Both the position numbers and the translations under genes were made by a program. Below, in pieces: positions 27,670-36,576 of a stretch of 64,000 nucleotides of DNA. The notes below the pieces were generated by a model. That model saw only the letters and a list, made by a program, of their open reading frames with translations. It did no database searches and had not been told where the DNA came from. The stretch's first letter is position 1. Each line of letters starts with the position of its first letter. Source of the stretch: an uncultured delta proteobacterium (GTDB lineage: Bacteria > Myxococcota_A > Polyangia > Palsa-1104); contig CAWAWS010000026.1 in NCBI GenBank assembly GCA_963785725.1, forward strand, positions 1 to 64,000. The letters are read 5' to 3'.

Positions 27670-28868
27670 GCGCGCGAGGCTCCCGTGTCGAGGCCGCCCA
27701 ATCGATCGGGCAGCGCGAACGCTTGCGTGGCCGCGCCGAGCCCGCGCGCGACGACGGTCTCCCAATACAGCTCGCCGCGCCGCAACAGCGCGTCGGCCAG
27801 CCGCGGCGAGCGGGCGCGCGCGACCTCGACCGCGGTCACGATGGCGCGCACCGTCGGCACGATGTGGCGCAGCCGCGTCGCCGGCACGGCCAAGTGGTCG
27901 GCGCGCCAATCGCCGAGCAGGCCGCGACAGATGCCGTGCGCGATGGGGCGAATCTTGCGGGCTTGCCGGCGCTCTTCCTCGGTCGCGCTGCGATCGTGCT
28001 CGCTCGCGCCCAGTAGGGCGCGGACGAGCGCGCGCGAGTCGTCGTCGGGCTCGGCCTGCGTCATCTCGATGAGGCCGGCCAGCTCCTCGCCTTCGCGCTC
28101 GCTCGCCGGCAAGAGCTCCTCGTCGACGCCCATCAAGTGGCCGATATAGCGCCACAGCTGCATGTAATCGAAGCCTTCGTCGCGCGAAATCTGTAACCCC
28201 AGCTGCCGCAGGCCTTCCAGCGTCACCGTCGAGAACAGCAGCGTCGTCGCCGCCATGTCGTGCTGGTTGATGGGCGTGCCCCAGCGCTCGGCCTGCCAGC
28301 GACCGGAGCCGAGGATCATGCGCCGCACTTGCGCGTGCATGAGCCGCACCTTGAGCGTGATGACGAAGCCTTCGGCGCCCGCGCGCATGCCGCCCGGCCG
28401 CGTCACCGCTTGCACGAAGCGCGAGGTCTCGTTCAGCCGCCGCGCCGCCGACTCCTGCAGCCGACCGGAGAACACGAGCGGCTTGTTGCCGCCCGGCGAC
28501 GCGTAGCCGTAGTTGAGCGCCTTGGCGCCGAGCACGATGCCGCCGAGCACGCCGGCGCGCACGAGCACGCGTCCGCCGCGGTCGATGGCCGCCCAGTCGG
28601 CCCAAAACGGCAGCCGCTGCGCCGACTCCATGAACGCGCCCAACGCCGCCGGCGCATCGTCGAGCGCGCCCGCTCGGCAAGCCAGCGCCCGATCGATGAG
28701 CGCGGCGCGATCGGTGCGTTCGGCGAGCGCGGCGACGGCGTCGTCGGCGAGCGGGTCGGCGCGCAAGAGCCACGGCGCCAGCCGATCGACGCGATCTCCA
28801 TAGCGCGCCAGCGCCGCCGGCGTGCGCAGATAGCGATCGGGCAGACGTGGCGACTGCGCGTTCATCAT
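27666..28868 (-). CDS. Oxygenase MpaB / Lcp-like (DUF2236) heme protein
   Basis: DPLAD, RRLNET, KVRLMHAQVR, WGTPINQHDM and WRYIGHLMGV motifs. Confidence 0.88.
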   Translation of the reverse strand: MMNAQSPRLPDRYLRTPAALARYGDRVDRLAPWLLRADPLADDAVAALAERTDRAALIDRALACRAGALDDAPAALGAFMESAQRLPFWADWAAIDRGGRVLVRAGVLGGIVLGAKALNYGYASPGGNKPLVFSGRLQESAARRLNETSRFVQAVTRPGGMRAGAEGFVITLKVRLMHAQVRRMILGSGRWQAERWGTPINQHDMAATTLLFSTVTLEGLRQLGLQISRDEGFDYMQLWRYIGHLMGVDEELLPASEREGEELAGLIEMTQAEPDDDSRALVRALLGASEHDRSATEEERRQARKIRPIAHGICRGLLGDWRADHLAVPATRLRHIVPTVRAIVTAVEVARARSPRLADALLRRGELYWETVVARGLGAATQAFALPDRLGGLDTGASRA

Positions 28869-28951
28869 CCCCTCTAAGATGTAGCAGATCGGCGCGCGGC
28901 GTCACGGTTTGCGCACGACTTCCGCTCGTTGTATCGTTCGACATCGGCCAC

Positions 28952-29024
28952 GATGGCGGTGGAGTCCGCCGAGACCCGCTCTCGCTCGCGTCGTCGCGAC
29001 TGAAGAGCCAATGACTCCTACGGC
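28952..29024 (+). ncRNA. Fluoride riboswitch (crcB motif)
   Basis: GGCGGTGGAGTCCGCC (P1 with pseudoknot loop) ... GCCAATGACTCCTAC, directly upstream of a CLC-F gene. Confidence 0.9.
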
Positions 29025-29090
29025 AGCGCACACCGGCGCCGTGGGATCGTTTTCGCGAATTCCCGGCGCTTTTCCCGAGGAGACGCGAAC

Positions 29091-30401
29091 GTGACCAGCC
29101 CCGCCGCAGCCTTCAAGCCCTACGCCCGCGCGCTCTTGCAGTGGTTGGCGCTGGGCGCGCTCGTCGGTGTCGCCGCCGGCGCCGCGTCGGCCGCGTTCCT
29201 CTTGTCGCTCGATTGGGCGACCCATTTTCGCGAGCGTCACGAAGCGCTCGTCTACGCGCTGCCGCTGGCCGGGCTCGTCTTGGGCGCGTTCTACGACCGC
29301 TTCGGCAAGCCGATTCGCGGCGGCAACAACCTCGTCATCGACACCGTGCACGACGACAGCGCGCAGCTGCCGTTGCGCATGGCGCCCATGGTCCTCGTCG
29401 GCACCGTGCTCACGCATCTGTTCGGCGGCAGCGCCGGTCGCGAAGGCACGGCCGTGCAGATGGGCGCCAGCCTCGCCGACGCCATCGCGCACCGCTTTCG
29501 GCTGCTCGCCGACTCGCGCCGCGAGCTCTTGGCCGCGGGCATCGCCGGCGGCTTCGGCTCCGTCTTCGGCACGCCCATCGCCGGCCTCGTCTTCGGGCTC
29601 GAGGTGGTGACGCTCGGCCGCATCGAATATTCGGCGCTCCTGCCCGCGCTCGTCGCCGCGCTCGTCGGCGATCAGGTGACGCGCGCGCTCGGGGTCGTGC
29701 ACACGCCCTATCCGCACGTCGACGCGTTGGCGCTGACCCCGCTCATCGCCGGCAAGTGGCTGGTCTTCGCGGCGGCGATGGCGCTCGCCGCCGTCGTCTT
29801 CGTCGAGCTGACCCATCGGCTCAAGCACGTGCTCGAGCGGCGAATTCCCTGGCTGGCGCTGCGCATGCTCGTCGGCGGCGCGGTCGTCGTCGGCCTGTGG
29901 AAGCTGTGCGGGACGAGTCGTTACCTCGGTCTCGGCGTGCCGACCATCCTGCAGTCGTTTGCCGACCCGTCGCTGCCGACGTTCGCGTTCGCCTGGAAGC
30001 TCCTATTTACGGCGGTGACGCTGGCGGCGGGCTTTCTCGGCGGCGAGGTCACGCCGCTCTTCTTCGTCGGCGCGACGCTCGGCGCCGTGCTGGCGCGGCC
30101 GCTCGGCCTGCCGCAGGCGCTGGCGGCCGGCGTCGGGCTGGCGGCGGTCTTCGGCGCGGCGGCGAACACGCCGTTGGCGCTGGCGGTCATGGCGGTCGAG
30201 CTGCTCGGCGCCGCCGCGCTGCCGCACGTCGCGCTCGTCACCATCGTCGCCTACGTGCTGAGCGGCCATCGCGGCATCTACCCGGCGCAGCGGCTCGGGC
30301 GCTCGAAATACGGCGGCGCGTCGTGGCCGATGCTCAGGTCGTTGCGGGAGTTGGCGGAGAAGGAGAGACCGCCGGCGACCGAGGAGCCGCCGGCGGAGTA
30401 A
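29091..30401 (+). CDS. eriC: CLC-F fluoride/proton antiporter
   Basis: All three CLC-F signature motifs: GNNLV, GREGT and GEVTP. Confidence 0.92.
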   Translation: MTSPAAAFKPYARALLQWLALGALVGVAAGAASAAFLLSLDWATHFRERHEALVYALPLAGLVLGAFYDRFGKPIRGGNNLVIDTVHDDSAQLPLRMAPMVLVGTVLTHLFGGSAGREGTAVQMGASLADAIAHRFRLLADSRRELLAAGIAGGFGSVFGTPIAGLVFGLEVVTLGRIEYSALLPALVAALVGDQVTRALGVVHTPYPHVDALALTPLIAGKWLVFAAAMALAAVVFVELTHRLKHVLERRIPWLALRMLVGGAVVVGLWKLCGTSRYLGLGVPTILQSFADPSLPTFAFAWKLLFTAVTLAAGFLGGEVTPLFFVGATLGAVLARPLGLPQALAAGVGLAAVFGAAANTPLALAVMAVELLGAAALPHVALVTIVAYVLSGHRGIYPAQRLGRSKYGGASWPMLRSLRELAEKERPPATEEPPAE

Positions 30402-30415
30402 ACGGCTGTTTACTT
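30397..30415. repeat. Palindromic element AGTAAACGGCTGTTTACTT, copy 1
   Basis: Identical to 59198-59216; its arms contain the TAA stops of both convergent genes. Confidence 0.85.
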
Positions 30416-32176
30416 GGTGAGGTCGAGCGCGGCGGTCAAGTCGCCCATGGCCGTGCCGCCGTTCTTGACGAGCGCGGCGTCACGCGCGGTGATACCGGGG
30501 AGCGGCGTCAGGCCGAAGCGGCGGTCGATGAGCCGCAGGATCGAGCCGGTGTCGTACTGCGTGTGGTCGACCGTGCCCATCTTGGCGTAGGGCGAGACGA
30601 TGACGGCCGGGATGCGCGTGCCCGGGCCGAGGAGGTCGCCCTTCGGCGGCGCCACGTGGTCCCAGATGCCGCCGTTCTCGTCGTAGGTGATGACGATGAC
30701 CATGTTCTTCCACTGCGGGCTGGCCTGCAGCTTGGTCACGAGGTCGCCGAGGCTGGCGTCGCCGGCCGCGATCGAGGCGTAGCCGTTGTGCTGGTTGAGG
30801 TCGCCTTCCGGCTTGTAGAACGAGACGGCCGGCAGCGTGCCCGCGGCCGCGTCCGCGACCAGGTTCGTGTAGTCCTGAAGGTGCGCCGTACGAGCCGCGG
30901 CGCCCGTCACCGGATCGAACTTCGCGTAGTAGTTGAAGGGCTGGTGGTGGTACTGGAAGCTCGGCGCCACGCCGGTGCCGCTGGCGGGCAGCGGGTGGCC
31001 GGCCGACGTCGTCAGCGCCACCGTCGACGTCCAAGCGCCGGCGTACCACTTCCAGGTCACGCTGGCCGTGTCGAGGAGGTCACCGATCGTGGTCTCGGTC
31101 TGCGGCGGCAGCGTCACCGACTTGGCGTTGGTGAGGTCGGCGTAGAGATTGGTCGTGTCGGTGGCCGCCGGCGCCGTCGAGCTCGGCTGGTAAGGCGGCT
31201 GGATCGTGTTGATGGCGCGATAGGTGTTGTCGCCGAAGTAGTTGAGCGGCGTGACCTGACCCGAAGCGACGAACACCGGAACGCCATCGAGAGCCGAGGC
31301 CGGCGAGGTCGTCGTGTTGATGGTCAGGCTGGTCGTGAAGGCGCCGGTGGTATCGGTGTCGACCACGGTGACGACGGGCGCGTTGGGCGCGGTGTTGGCG
31401 TTCGGATATTCCGGCGCGCAGCCGCAGATGAGGTACTGGTGGTTCAAGAACGAGCCACCGAACGCGCCCATGTAGAAGTTGTCGGCGAGGACATAGCTCT
31501 GCGCGAGCTTCCACAGCGCCGTCTTGCTGATGTCGAAGTGCGCCATGACCATGCCGCCCTGGTCGGCGTAGGCGGCGAACTTGTCGTTGGCGCCGCCGTG
31601 AATCTGCATCTGGTTCTCGTAGAAGCGGTGGTACATGTCCTGCGTGATCTCGTTGTAATCCACGCCCGGATAGGTCGTCTCGATCGCGTAGGGCGCGTTG
31701 GCGAGGTTGTCGCTCTGGGCCTTCGTGTACACCGGCGTCTGGCCGGGCTCGGTGACGCCGCCCCAGACCACCGGCAGCTTGGAGAGCACGGTGTTGGCCG
31801 CGTCGCGATCGGTCTGCACTGCGATCGTGCCCTTGGCGGTGGGGTTGACGCCGGGGATGCCGTTGGCGCCTGGGAACGTCGCGAAGATGGAGTCGAAGCT
31901 GCGGTTCTCCATGTAAATGACGACGACGTTCTTGACCTTGTCTTTGAGCGCCGTGTCCTCGTCGAACGGCGCCAGGTCGGGGCCGATCGCGAGGTCGGCA
32001 CCGGCGGGCGGGGACAGGTCGTTGCCCGCAGGCGCGGACAGATCGTTGCCCGCCGACTGGGCCATGTCGGCGCCGGCGTGCGCGCCGCCGTCGTCGTGGT
32101 TGCTGCTGCCGCCGCAGCCGGTGATCGCGGCGGCGAGTGCCAAGGCGCCAAATTGAAGGATAGTGCTCTTACGCAT
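30410..32176 (-). CDS. acpA: Acid phosphatase AcpA / phosphoesterase lipoprotein
   Basis: VVIYMENRSFD, HRFYENQMQI, GGSFLNHQ, YDENGG.WDHV.PP and GPGTRIP motifs; lipobox ITGC. Confidence 0.9.
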   Translation of the reverse strand: MRKSTILQFGALALAAAITGCGGSSNHDDGGAHAGADMAQSAGNDLSAPAGNDLSPPAGADLAIGPDLAPFDEDTALKDKVKNVVVIYMENRSFDSIFATFPGANGIPGVNPTAKGTIAVQTDRDAANTVLSKLPVVWGGVTEPGQTPVYTKAQSDNLANAPYAIETTYPGVDYNEITQDMYHRFYENQMQIHGGANDKFAAYADQGGMVMAHFDISKTALWKLAQSYVLADNFYMGAFGGSFLNHQYLICGCAPEYPNANTAPNAPVVTVVDTDTTGAFTTSLTINTTTSPASALDGVPVFVASGQVTPLNYFGDNTYRAINTIQPPYQPSSTAPAATDTTNLYADLTNAKSVTLPPQTETTIGDLLDTASVTWKWYAGAWTSTVALTTSAGHPLPASGTGVAPSFQYHHQPFNYYAKFDPVTGAAARTAHLQDYTNLVADAAAGTLPAVSFYKPEGDLNQHNGYASIAAGDASLGDLVTKLQASPQWKNMVIVITYDENGGIWDHVAPPKGDLLGPGTRIPAVIVSPYAKMGTVDHTQYDTGSILRLIDRRFGLTPLPGITARDAALVKNGGTAMGDLTAALDLTK

Positions 32177-32349
32177 TACGCGAGCCTCCGTTGATGCGCC
32201 CGCTCATATCAGCTCGCGCCCGGGTTTTTTCGGGCAAAACACGCTGTTTGCCGTTGAATAAGCGAATTCGCGAGGATGTCAGAAAGCTGCGGCGAGCATG
32301 TTGAAGAGGCTCCGGAAAGTCGACACGCCATCGGTGAGATGTCTTTCGC

Positions 32350-33696
32350 GTGAACTGCTCTACGGCTCGATTTTCCGGAGTGCGCGCCGGGTCGCTGGCG
32401 TGCTGTCTCGTGTTTGCGACGATCACGCCGGCCTGCAGCCGCGCCCCGACGGCGGAGTCGAAGGCGCGCGCGGCCAGCGCGACGCCGGCTCCCGCGCAGC
32501 CGACCGCCGCGGCACCGTCCGGCGCCGCGTCCAAGCCGCTGCCACCGTCGCAAACGGCGTTCAACGCCGACACGTTCGAGAAGATTCCGAAGGTGCCGGC
32601 GCTGACGGCGCTCGGTCGCGCGCTCTTCTTCGCGCCCGAGCTCTCCGCCTCGGGCAAGCTGTCGTGCGCCGGTTGCCACGATCCGAAGCGCGCGTTCGGT
32701 CCGCCGCCCCTCTTGCCACTCGATCAGAAGGGCGACCGCGGACTGGCGAACTTCCGTGCCGTGCCGTCACTGCGTTATCTCCAGACGATTCCGCGTTTTC
32801 AAGAGCACTATTTCGAGCCTGACGGCGAGGGCTCGGATCAAGGGCCGACGGGCGGTTTCACCTGGGATGGTCGCGTGCAGACGCAGCACGATCAGGCGCG
32901 CCTGCCACTCTTCTCACCGCTCGAGATGGCCAACAGCAGCGAAGACGAGCTCGTCAAACGCTTGCGCGGCTCGCGCCTGGCCGCGCAGCTGCGTGAAACC
33001 TACGGCGACCACGTTCTCGACAGCACCGCGTCGGGCATCAAAGCGGTCTTGAAGGCGCTCGAAGTCTTCCAGGACAACCCAACCGAGTTCTTCCCATACG
33101 ACAGCAAATACGACGCGGTCTTGCGCAGGCAGGCGACGCTGACGCCGAAAGAGGCGCACGGCCTCGAGCTCTTCGATAGCCCGACGAAGGGCAATTGCGC
33201 GCACTGCCATCCGAGCGCGATCAAAGAGGGCGGCTTTCCCGCGTTCACCGACTACGGCTACGTCGCGTTGGGCGTGCCGCGCAATCGCGCCATCGCCGCC
33301 AACGACGATCCGGCGTTCTTCGATCTCGGCCTGTGCGGTCCGCTGCGCAAGGACCTGGCGCAGCACGCGGAATACTGCGGTTTCTTCCGCGCGCCGTCGC
33401 TGCGCAATGCCGCCATACGCAAACGCTTCTTCCACAACGGCGCGATCAAGAGCCTGCGCGACGCCGTGCGCTTCTACGTCGAGCGCGACACGCATCCCGA
33501 GCGCTGGTACGGCAAGGACGCGAGCGGCCACGTCGTCGCGTACGACGACCTGCCGGCGAACTATCGCGCGAACCTCGACCGCGAGCCGCCGTTCGGCGCG
33601 CAGGCCAAGCCGGCGCTGAGCGACGCCGAGATCGACGACGTCGTCGCCTTCTTGGGCACGCTCACCGACGGCTATCGAGCGCGTAAAATCAACTGA
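32350..33696 (+). CDS. Di-heme cytochrome c peroxidase / MauG-like (BthA-type)
   Basis: Two CxxCH motifs (CAGCH, CAHCH); FTWDGR, FRAPSLRN, FFHNG and FLGTLTD. Confidence 0.9.
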   Translation: MNCSTARFSGVRAGSLACCLVFATITPACSRAPTAESKARAASATPAPAQPTAAAPSGAASKPLPPSQTAFNADTFEKIPKVPALTALGRALFFAPELSASGKLSCAGCHDPKRAFGPPPLLPLDQKGDRGLANFRAVPSLRYLQTIPRFQEHYFEPDGEGSDQGPTGGFTWDGRVQTQHDQARLPLFSPLEMANSSEDELVKRLRGSRLAAQLRETYGDHVLDSTASGIKAVLKALEVFQDNPTEFFPYDSKYDAVLRRQATLTPKEAHGLELFDSPTKGNCAHCHPSAIKEGGFPAFTDYGYVALGVPRNRAIAANDDPAFFDLGLCGPLRKDLAQHAEYCGFFRAPSLRNAAIRKRFFHNGAIKSLRDAVRFYVERDTHPERWYGKDASGHVVAYDDLPANYRANLDREPPFGAQAKPALSDAEIDDVVAFLGTLTDGYRARKIN

Positions 33697-34385
33697 GGCG
33701 CCGACGCCGGCCTCCGCGCGGCGACCGCGCCGACACACGAACGGGACGCGCTCGGCTCGGTCGCTACCGGCGCGCGGTCGTCGCCGGCGAATCGATGAGC
33801 CGCCTGCAGCGTCGTCGCCAACAGCGCCAGCGTCGGCTCGTCGACCTTGCCGGTCAGAGGCGGCACCGGCAAGAGCTGCCGATACATCCACGCGCCGCTG
33901 ACGACGGCCAAGAGCAGCGCCGCGCGCGCCTCGGCGTGCCGTCCGCCCAGCCACTCCGCCAGCGGGCCATACAGACGACGCTGAAGTATTCGCTTCAGTG
34001 TCGCGCTCAACGTCGGATCGGTCGCCGCCAACAACATCGTCGCCAGCGCGTCGCCTTCGTGCGGCTGCTTGCTCATGAGCGACTCGGCGATATGACGGCC
34101 CAGCGTCGCGCGATCGCCGGCCAAGAACGGCTCCAGCTGCAGATCGCGCTCGAGCGCGGCGACGAATAAATCGCGCTTCGATCCGAAGTAACGCACGACC
34201 AGCGCCGGGTTGATGCCGGCCTCGGCGCCGATCTCGCGCATGCTCGACTGCGCGTAGCCGCGGCTGGCGAAGCAGCGGCAGGCGACGGCCAGGATTTCGC
34301 CGCGCGTGCGCTGACGATCGCGGCTCGGCCCGGTCGCTTCGCCGGCTCGGTTGCGGGCGGACGTTGCTTTTCGCTTGGCGGTCAC
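33672..34385 (-). CDS. TetR family regulator (probable frameshift near 33800 in the C-terminus)
   Basis: HTH: TRGEIL...MREIGAEAGINPALVVRYFGSKRDLF; divergent from the SDR gene. Confidence 0.88.
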   Translation of the reverse strand: MTAKRKATSARNRAGEATGPSRDRQRTRGEILAVACRCFASRGYAQSSMREIGAEAGINPALVVRYFGSKRDLFVAALERDLQLEPFLAGDRATLGRHIAESLMSKQPHEGDALATMLLAATDPTLSATLKRILQRRLYGPLAEWLGGRHAEARAALLLAVVSGAWMYRQLLPVPPLTGKVDEPTLALLATTLQAAHRFAGDDRAPVATEPSASRSCVGAVAARRPASAPQLILRAR

Positions 34386-34401
34386 GCGGCTACGCTCCTG
34401 T

Positions 34402-34466
34402 AAGTAAACACCCGTTGACATGTTGCCTCGGGCGACTAATGCTTGGCAAGTAAACAGGCGTTGACT
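34402..34466. promoter_or_regulatory. Two putative TetR operators, AAGTAAAC-N4-GTTGAC
   Basis: aagtaaacacccgttgaca (34402-34420) and aagtaaacaggcgttgact (34448-34466) in the tetR/SDR divergent spacer. Confidence 0.75.
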
Positions 34467-34497
34467 TAGCGGCGCCGTGAACGAGGAGCGAGCAGCG

Positions 34498-35415
34498 ATG
34501 GACAAGAACTGGGGCGCCAATCAGATCCCGCGCATCGACGGCAAGCGCGTCATCGTCACCGGCGCCAACAGCGGCATCGGCTTTCATACGGCGCTCGAGC
34601 TCGGCCGCGCCGGCGCCGAAGTGACGGTCGCGACGCGCGATCGGGCGCGCGGCGCCGAGGCGTTGGTGCGCCTGCAGGCGGAGGCGCCGGCCGGGCGGTT
34701 CAGCGTCGAGGAGCTGGACTTGGCGTCGTTGTCGTCGGTGCGCGCGTTCGCGCAGCGCATGGTGGCGGCGGGGCGGCCGCTCGATATTCTCGTCAACAAC
34801 GCCGGCATCATGGCGCTGCCGACGCGCGAGCTGACCGGCGACGGCTTCGAGAAGCAGATGGGCACCAACCACTTGGGCCACTTCGCGTTGACCGGCCTCC
34901 TCTTGCCGCTGTTGCGCGCGGCGGCGGCGCCGCGGGTGGTCGTCGTGTCGTCGAGTGTCGCCAACTGGGCCAAGCTCGAGCTCGATAATCTGCAGAGCGA
35001 GAAGAAGTATTCGCCGATGGGCACGTACGGGCAGACCAAGCTCGCCAACCTCTTGTTCATGGTCGAGCTGCAGCGGCGCGGCGCGGCCGCCGGCATCGTC
35101 ACCGCGGCGTCGCATCCGGGCGCGGCGTCGACGAATCTGCAGGTGCACAAGTTCAAGCACATGATCAAGCTCATCGGGCAGTCGGCGGCGATGGGCGCGC
35201 TGCCGTCGCTGTACGCGGCCGTCGGCGGCGACGTGCAGAGCGGGCAATACTTCGGGCCGCGCAAGCTGTTCGGCATGTTCGGGCCGCCGGCGCCGACCAA
35301 GCTGCCCAAGCGCGCGCTCGACGCCAAGCTCGCCGCCGAATTGTGGGCGCGCTCGGAGGCGCTGACCGGCGTCACCTTCGCCTTCGACGGCAAAGCCACC
35401 AGCCGCAGCGCTTAG
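34498..35415 (+). CDS. SDR oxidoreductase (retinol dehydrogenase-like)
   Basis: TGANSGIG, NNAG, YGQTK and HPG motifs. Confidence 0.92.
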   Translation: MDKNWGANQIPRIDGKRVIVTGANSGIGFHTALELGRAGAEVTVATRDRARGAEALVRLQAEAPAGRFSVEELDLASLSSVRAFAQRMVAAGRPLDILVNNAGIMALPTRELTGDGFEKQMGTNHLGHFALTGLLLPLLRAAAAPRVVVVSSSVANWAKLELDNLQSEKKYSPMGTYGQTKLANLLFMVELQRRGAAAGIVTAASHPGAASTNLQVHKFKHMIKLIGQSAAMGALPSLYAAVGGDVQSGQYFGPRKLFGMFGPPAPTKLPKRALDAKLAAELWARSEALTGVTFAFDGKATSRSA

Positions 35416-35525
35416 AAAACCGTCGCGAGCGGTCCAATCGCCGCGTTGTCGCTGCGATGCGGTGCTCACGGGCAGGAAGCCCGCTGCGCTCCGCCTTGCG
35501 CTTGAACCGCTCGCGACGGTTTTAG
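35413..35525. mobile_element. MITE/REPIN-like non-autonomous element (~110 bp)
   Basis: Perfect 18-bp terminal inverted repeats aaaaccgtcgcgagcggt (35416-35433) and accgctcgcgacggtttt (35506-35523), TAG at both ends, internal cgggc-aggaa-gcccg hairpin. Confidence 0.7.
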
Positions 35526-36418
35526 TCGAACTGCCAGTCGAGCTTGGCGGCGAGGTCGGCGAAGGCCTTGACCTTGGCCGACAGGTGCCGATTCGTCGTG
35601 TAGACGAGCTGGATCGGCAAGGGCGGCGGCTCGAACGGCTGCAGCACGATCTGCAGCGCGCCCGCGCGCACCAGCTCGGCGACTTGGTAGGCCAGCACCA
35701 TCGCCACGCCGCCGCCGCGCCGCGCGTGATCGATGGCCGCGTCGGCGCTGTTGGTGCGCAGCCGCGGCGTCACCGGCTGCACCAGCTCTTTGCCGTCGGC
35801 GATGAAGCGCCAGTCGTCGGCCGGCGTCAGCGTCGAGACCGCGATCAGCTGGTGCGCCGCCAGATCGGCCGGCACGCGCGGCCGCTTGTGCTGCTTCCAA
35901 TAGCGCGGCGCCGCGACGACGACGCGGCGAGTCTGCCCGAGCGGCCGCGCGTACAAGCTCGAGTCCGGCAGATGACCGATGCGCACGGCGACGTCCACGC
36001 CTTCGTCGACGAGGTTGATGACGCGATCGGCGAGCAGCAGCGTGCCCGCGACGGCCGGATAGCGCACGAGATAGGCCGACAACAGCGGCGCCACGTGCAA
36101 ACGGCCGAACAGGTTGGGCGCGGCGACGACGAAGCGGCCCGTCGGAATCGTGCGCTCGGCGTGCGCGACGTCTTCGGCTTCGTCGACGTCGGCCACGATG
36201 CGGCGGGCGCGCTCGAGGTAGCGCGCGCCGCCGTCGGTGAGCGTGACCGAGCGCGTCGTGCGCTGCAAGAGCTGCAGGCCGAGCCGCTCTTCGAGCGCCG
36301 CCACGAGCCGGGTCGCCGCCGACGGCGACAGCCGCAGCTTGCGCGCGGCCGGCGCGAACCCGCGCGCATCGGCGACGGCAATGAAGGCGCGCATCGCGTC
36401 CAATCGGTCCATGGCCAT
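35522..36418 (-). CDS. LysR family regulator (CrgA/DmlR-like)
   Basis: FAPAARKLRLSPSA...RTTRSVTLT and EGVDVAVRIG motifs. Confidence 0.93.
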   Translation of the reverse strand: MAMDRLDAMRAFIAVADARGFAPAARKLRLSPSAATRLVAALEERLGLQLLQRTTRSVTLTDGGARYLERARRIVADVDEAEDVAHAERTIPTGRFVVAAPNLFGRLHVAPLLSAYLVRYPAVAGTLLLADRVINLVDEGVDVAVRIGHLPDSSLYARPLGQTRRVVVAAPRYWKQHKRPRVPADLAAHQLIAVSTLTPADDWRFIADGKELVQPVTPRLRTNSADAAIDHARRGGGVAMVLAYQVAELVRAGALQIVLQPFEPPPLPIQLVYTTNRHLSAKVKAFADLAAKLDWQFD

Positions 36419-36426
36419 GGCGTTTA

Positions 36427-36441
36427 TTGCAACATTCGCAA
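36427..36441. promoter_or_regulatory. Putative LysR T-N11-A box (TTGC-N7-GCAA)
   Basis: ttgcaacattcgcaa dyad just upstream of the lysR start in a divergent spacer. Confidence 0.55.
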
Positions 36442-36576
36442 GAGTGAAGTGTCAATCGCCGGCATTGTGTCACCCACCGCCGAGGTCTACGTTCACGCGT
36501 GCTGACGAGCTTGGCGGGGCGATTTCGCGCGCTAAGTAGTCGTCTTCCGACCGCCACCAGCAAAGGACGAGGCGCC

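Noticed and set aside
26599..29031. Apparent 810-aa ferrochelatase fusion
   Set aside because: The N-terminal part is an off-frame read through the MpaB-like gene; hemH starts at 27669.
29141..32194. Very long alternative ORFs (1017 aa here; also 53279-56119, 6455-8860 and 25855-28149)
   Set aside because: They are Arg/Ala-rich off-frame or antisense products of high GC that overlap well-supported genes.
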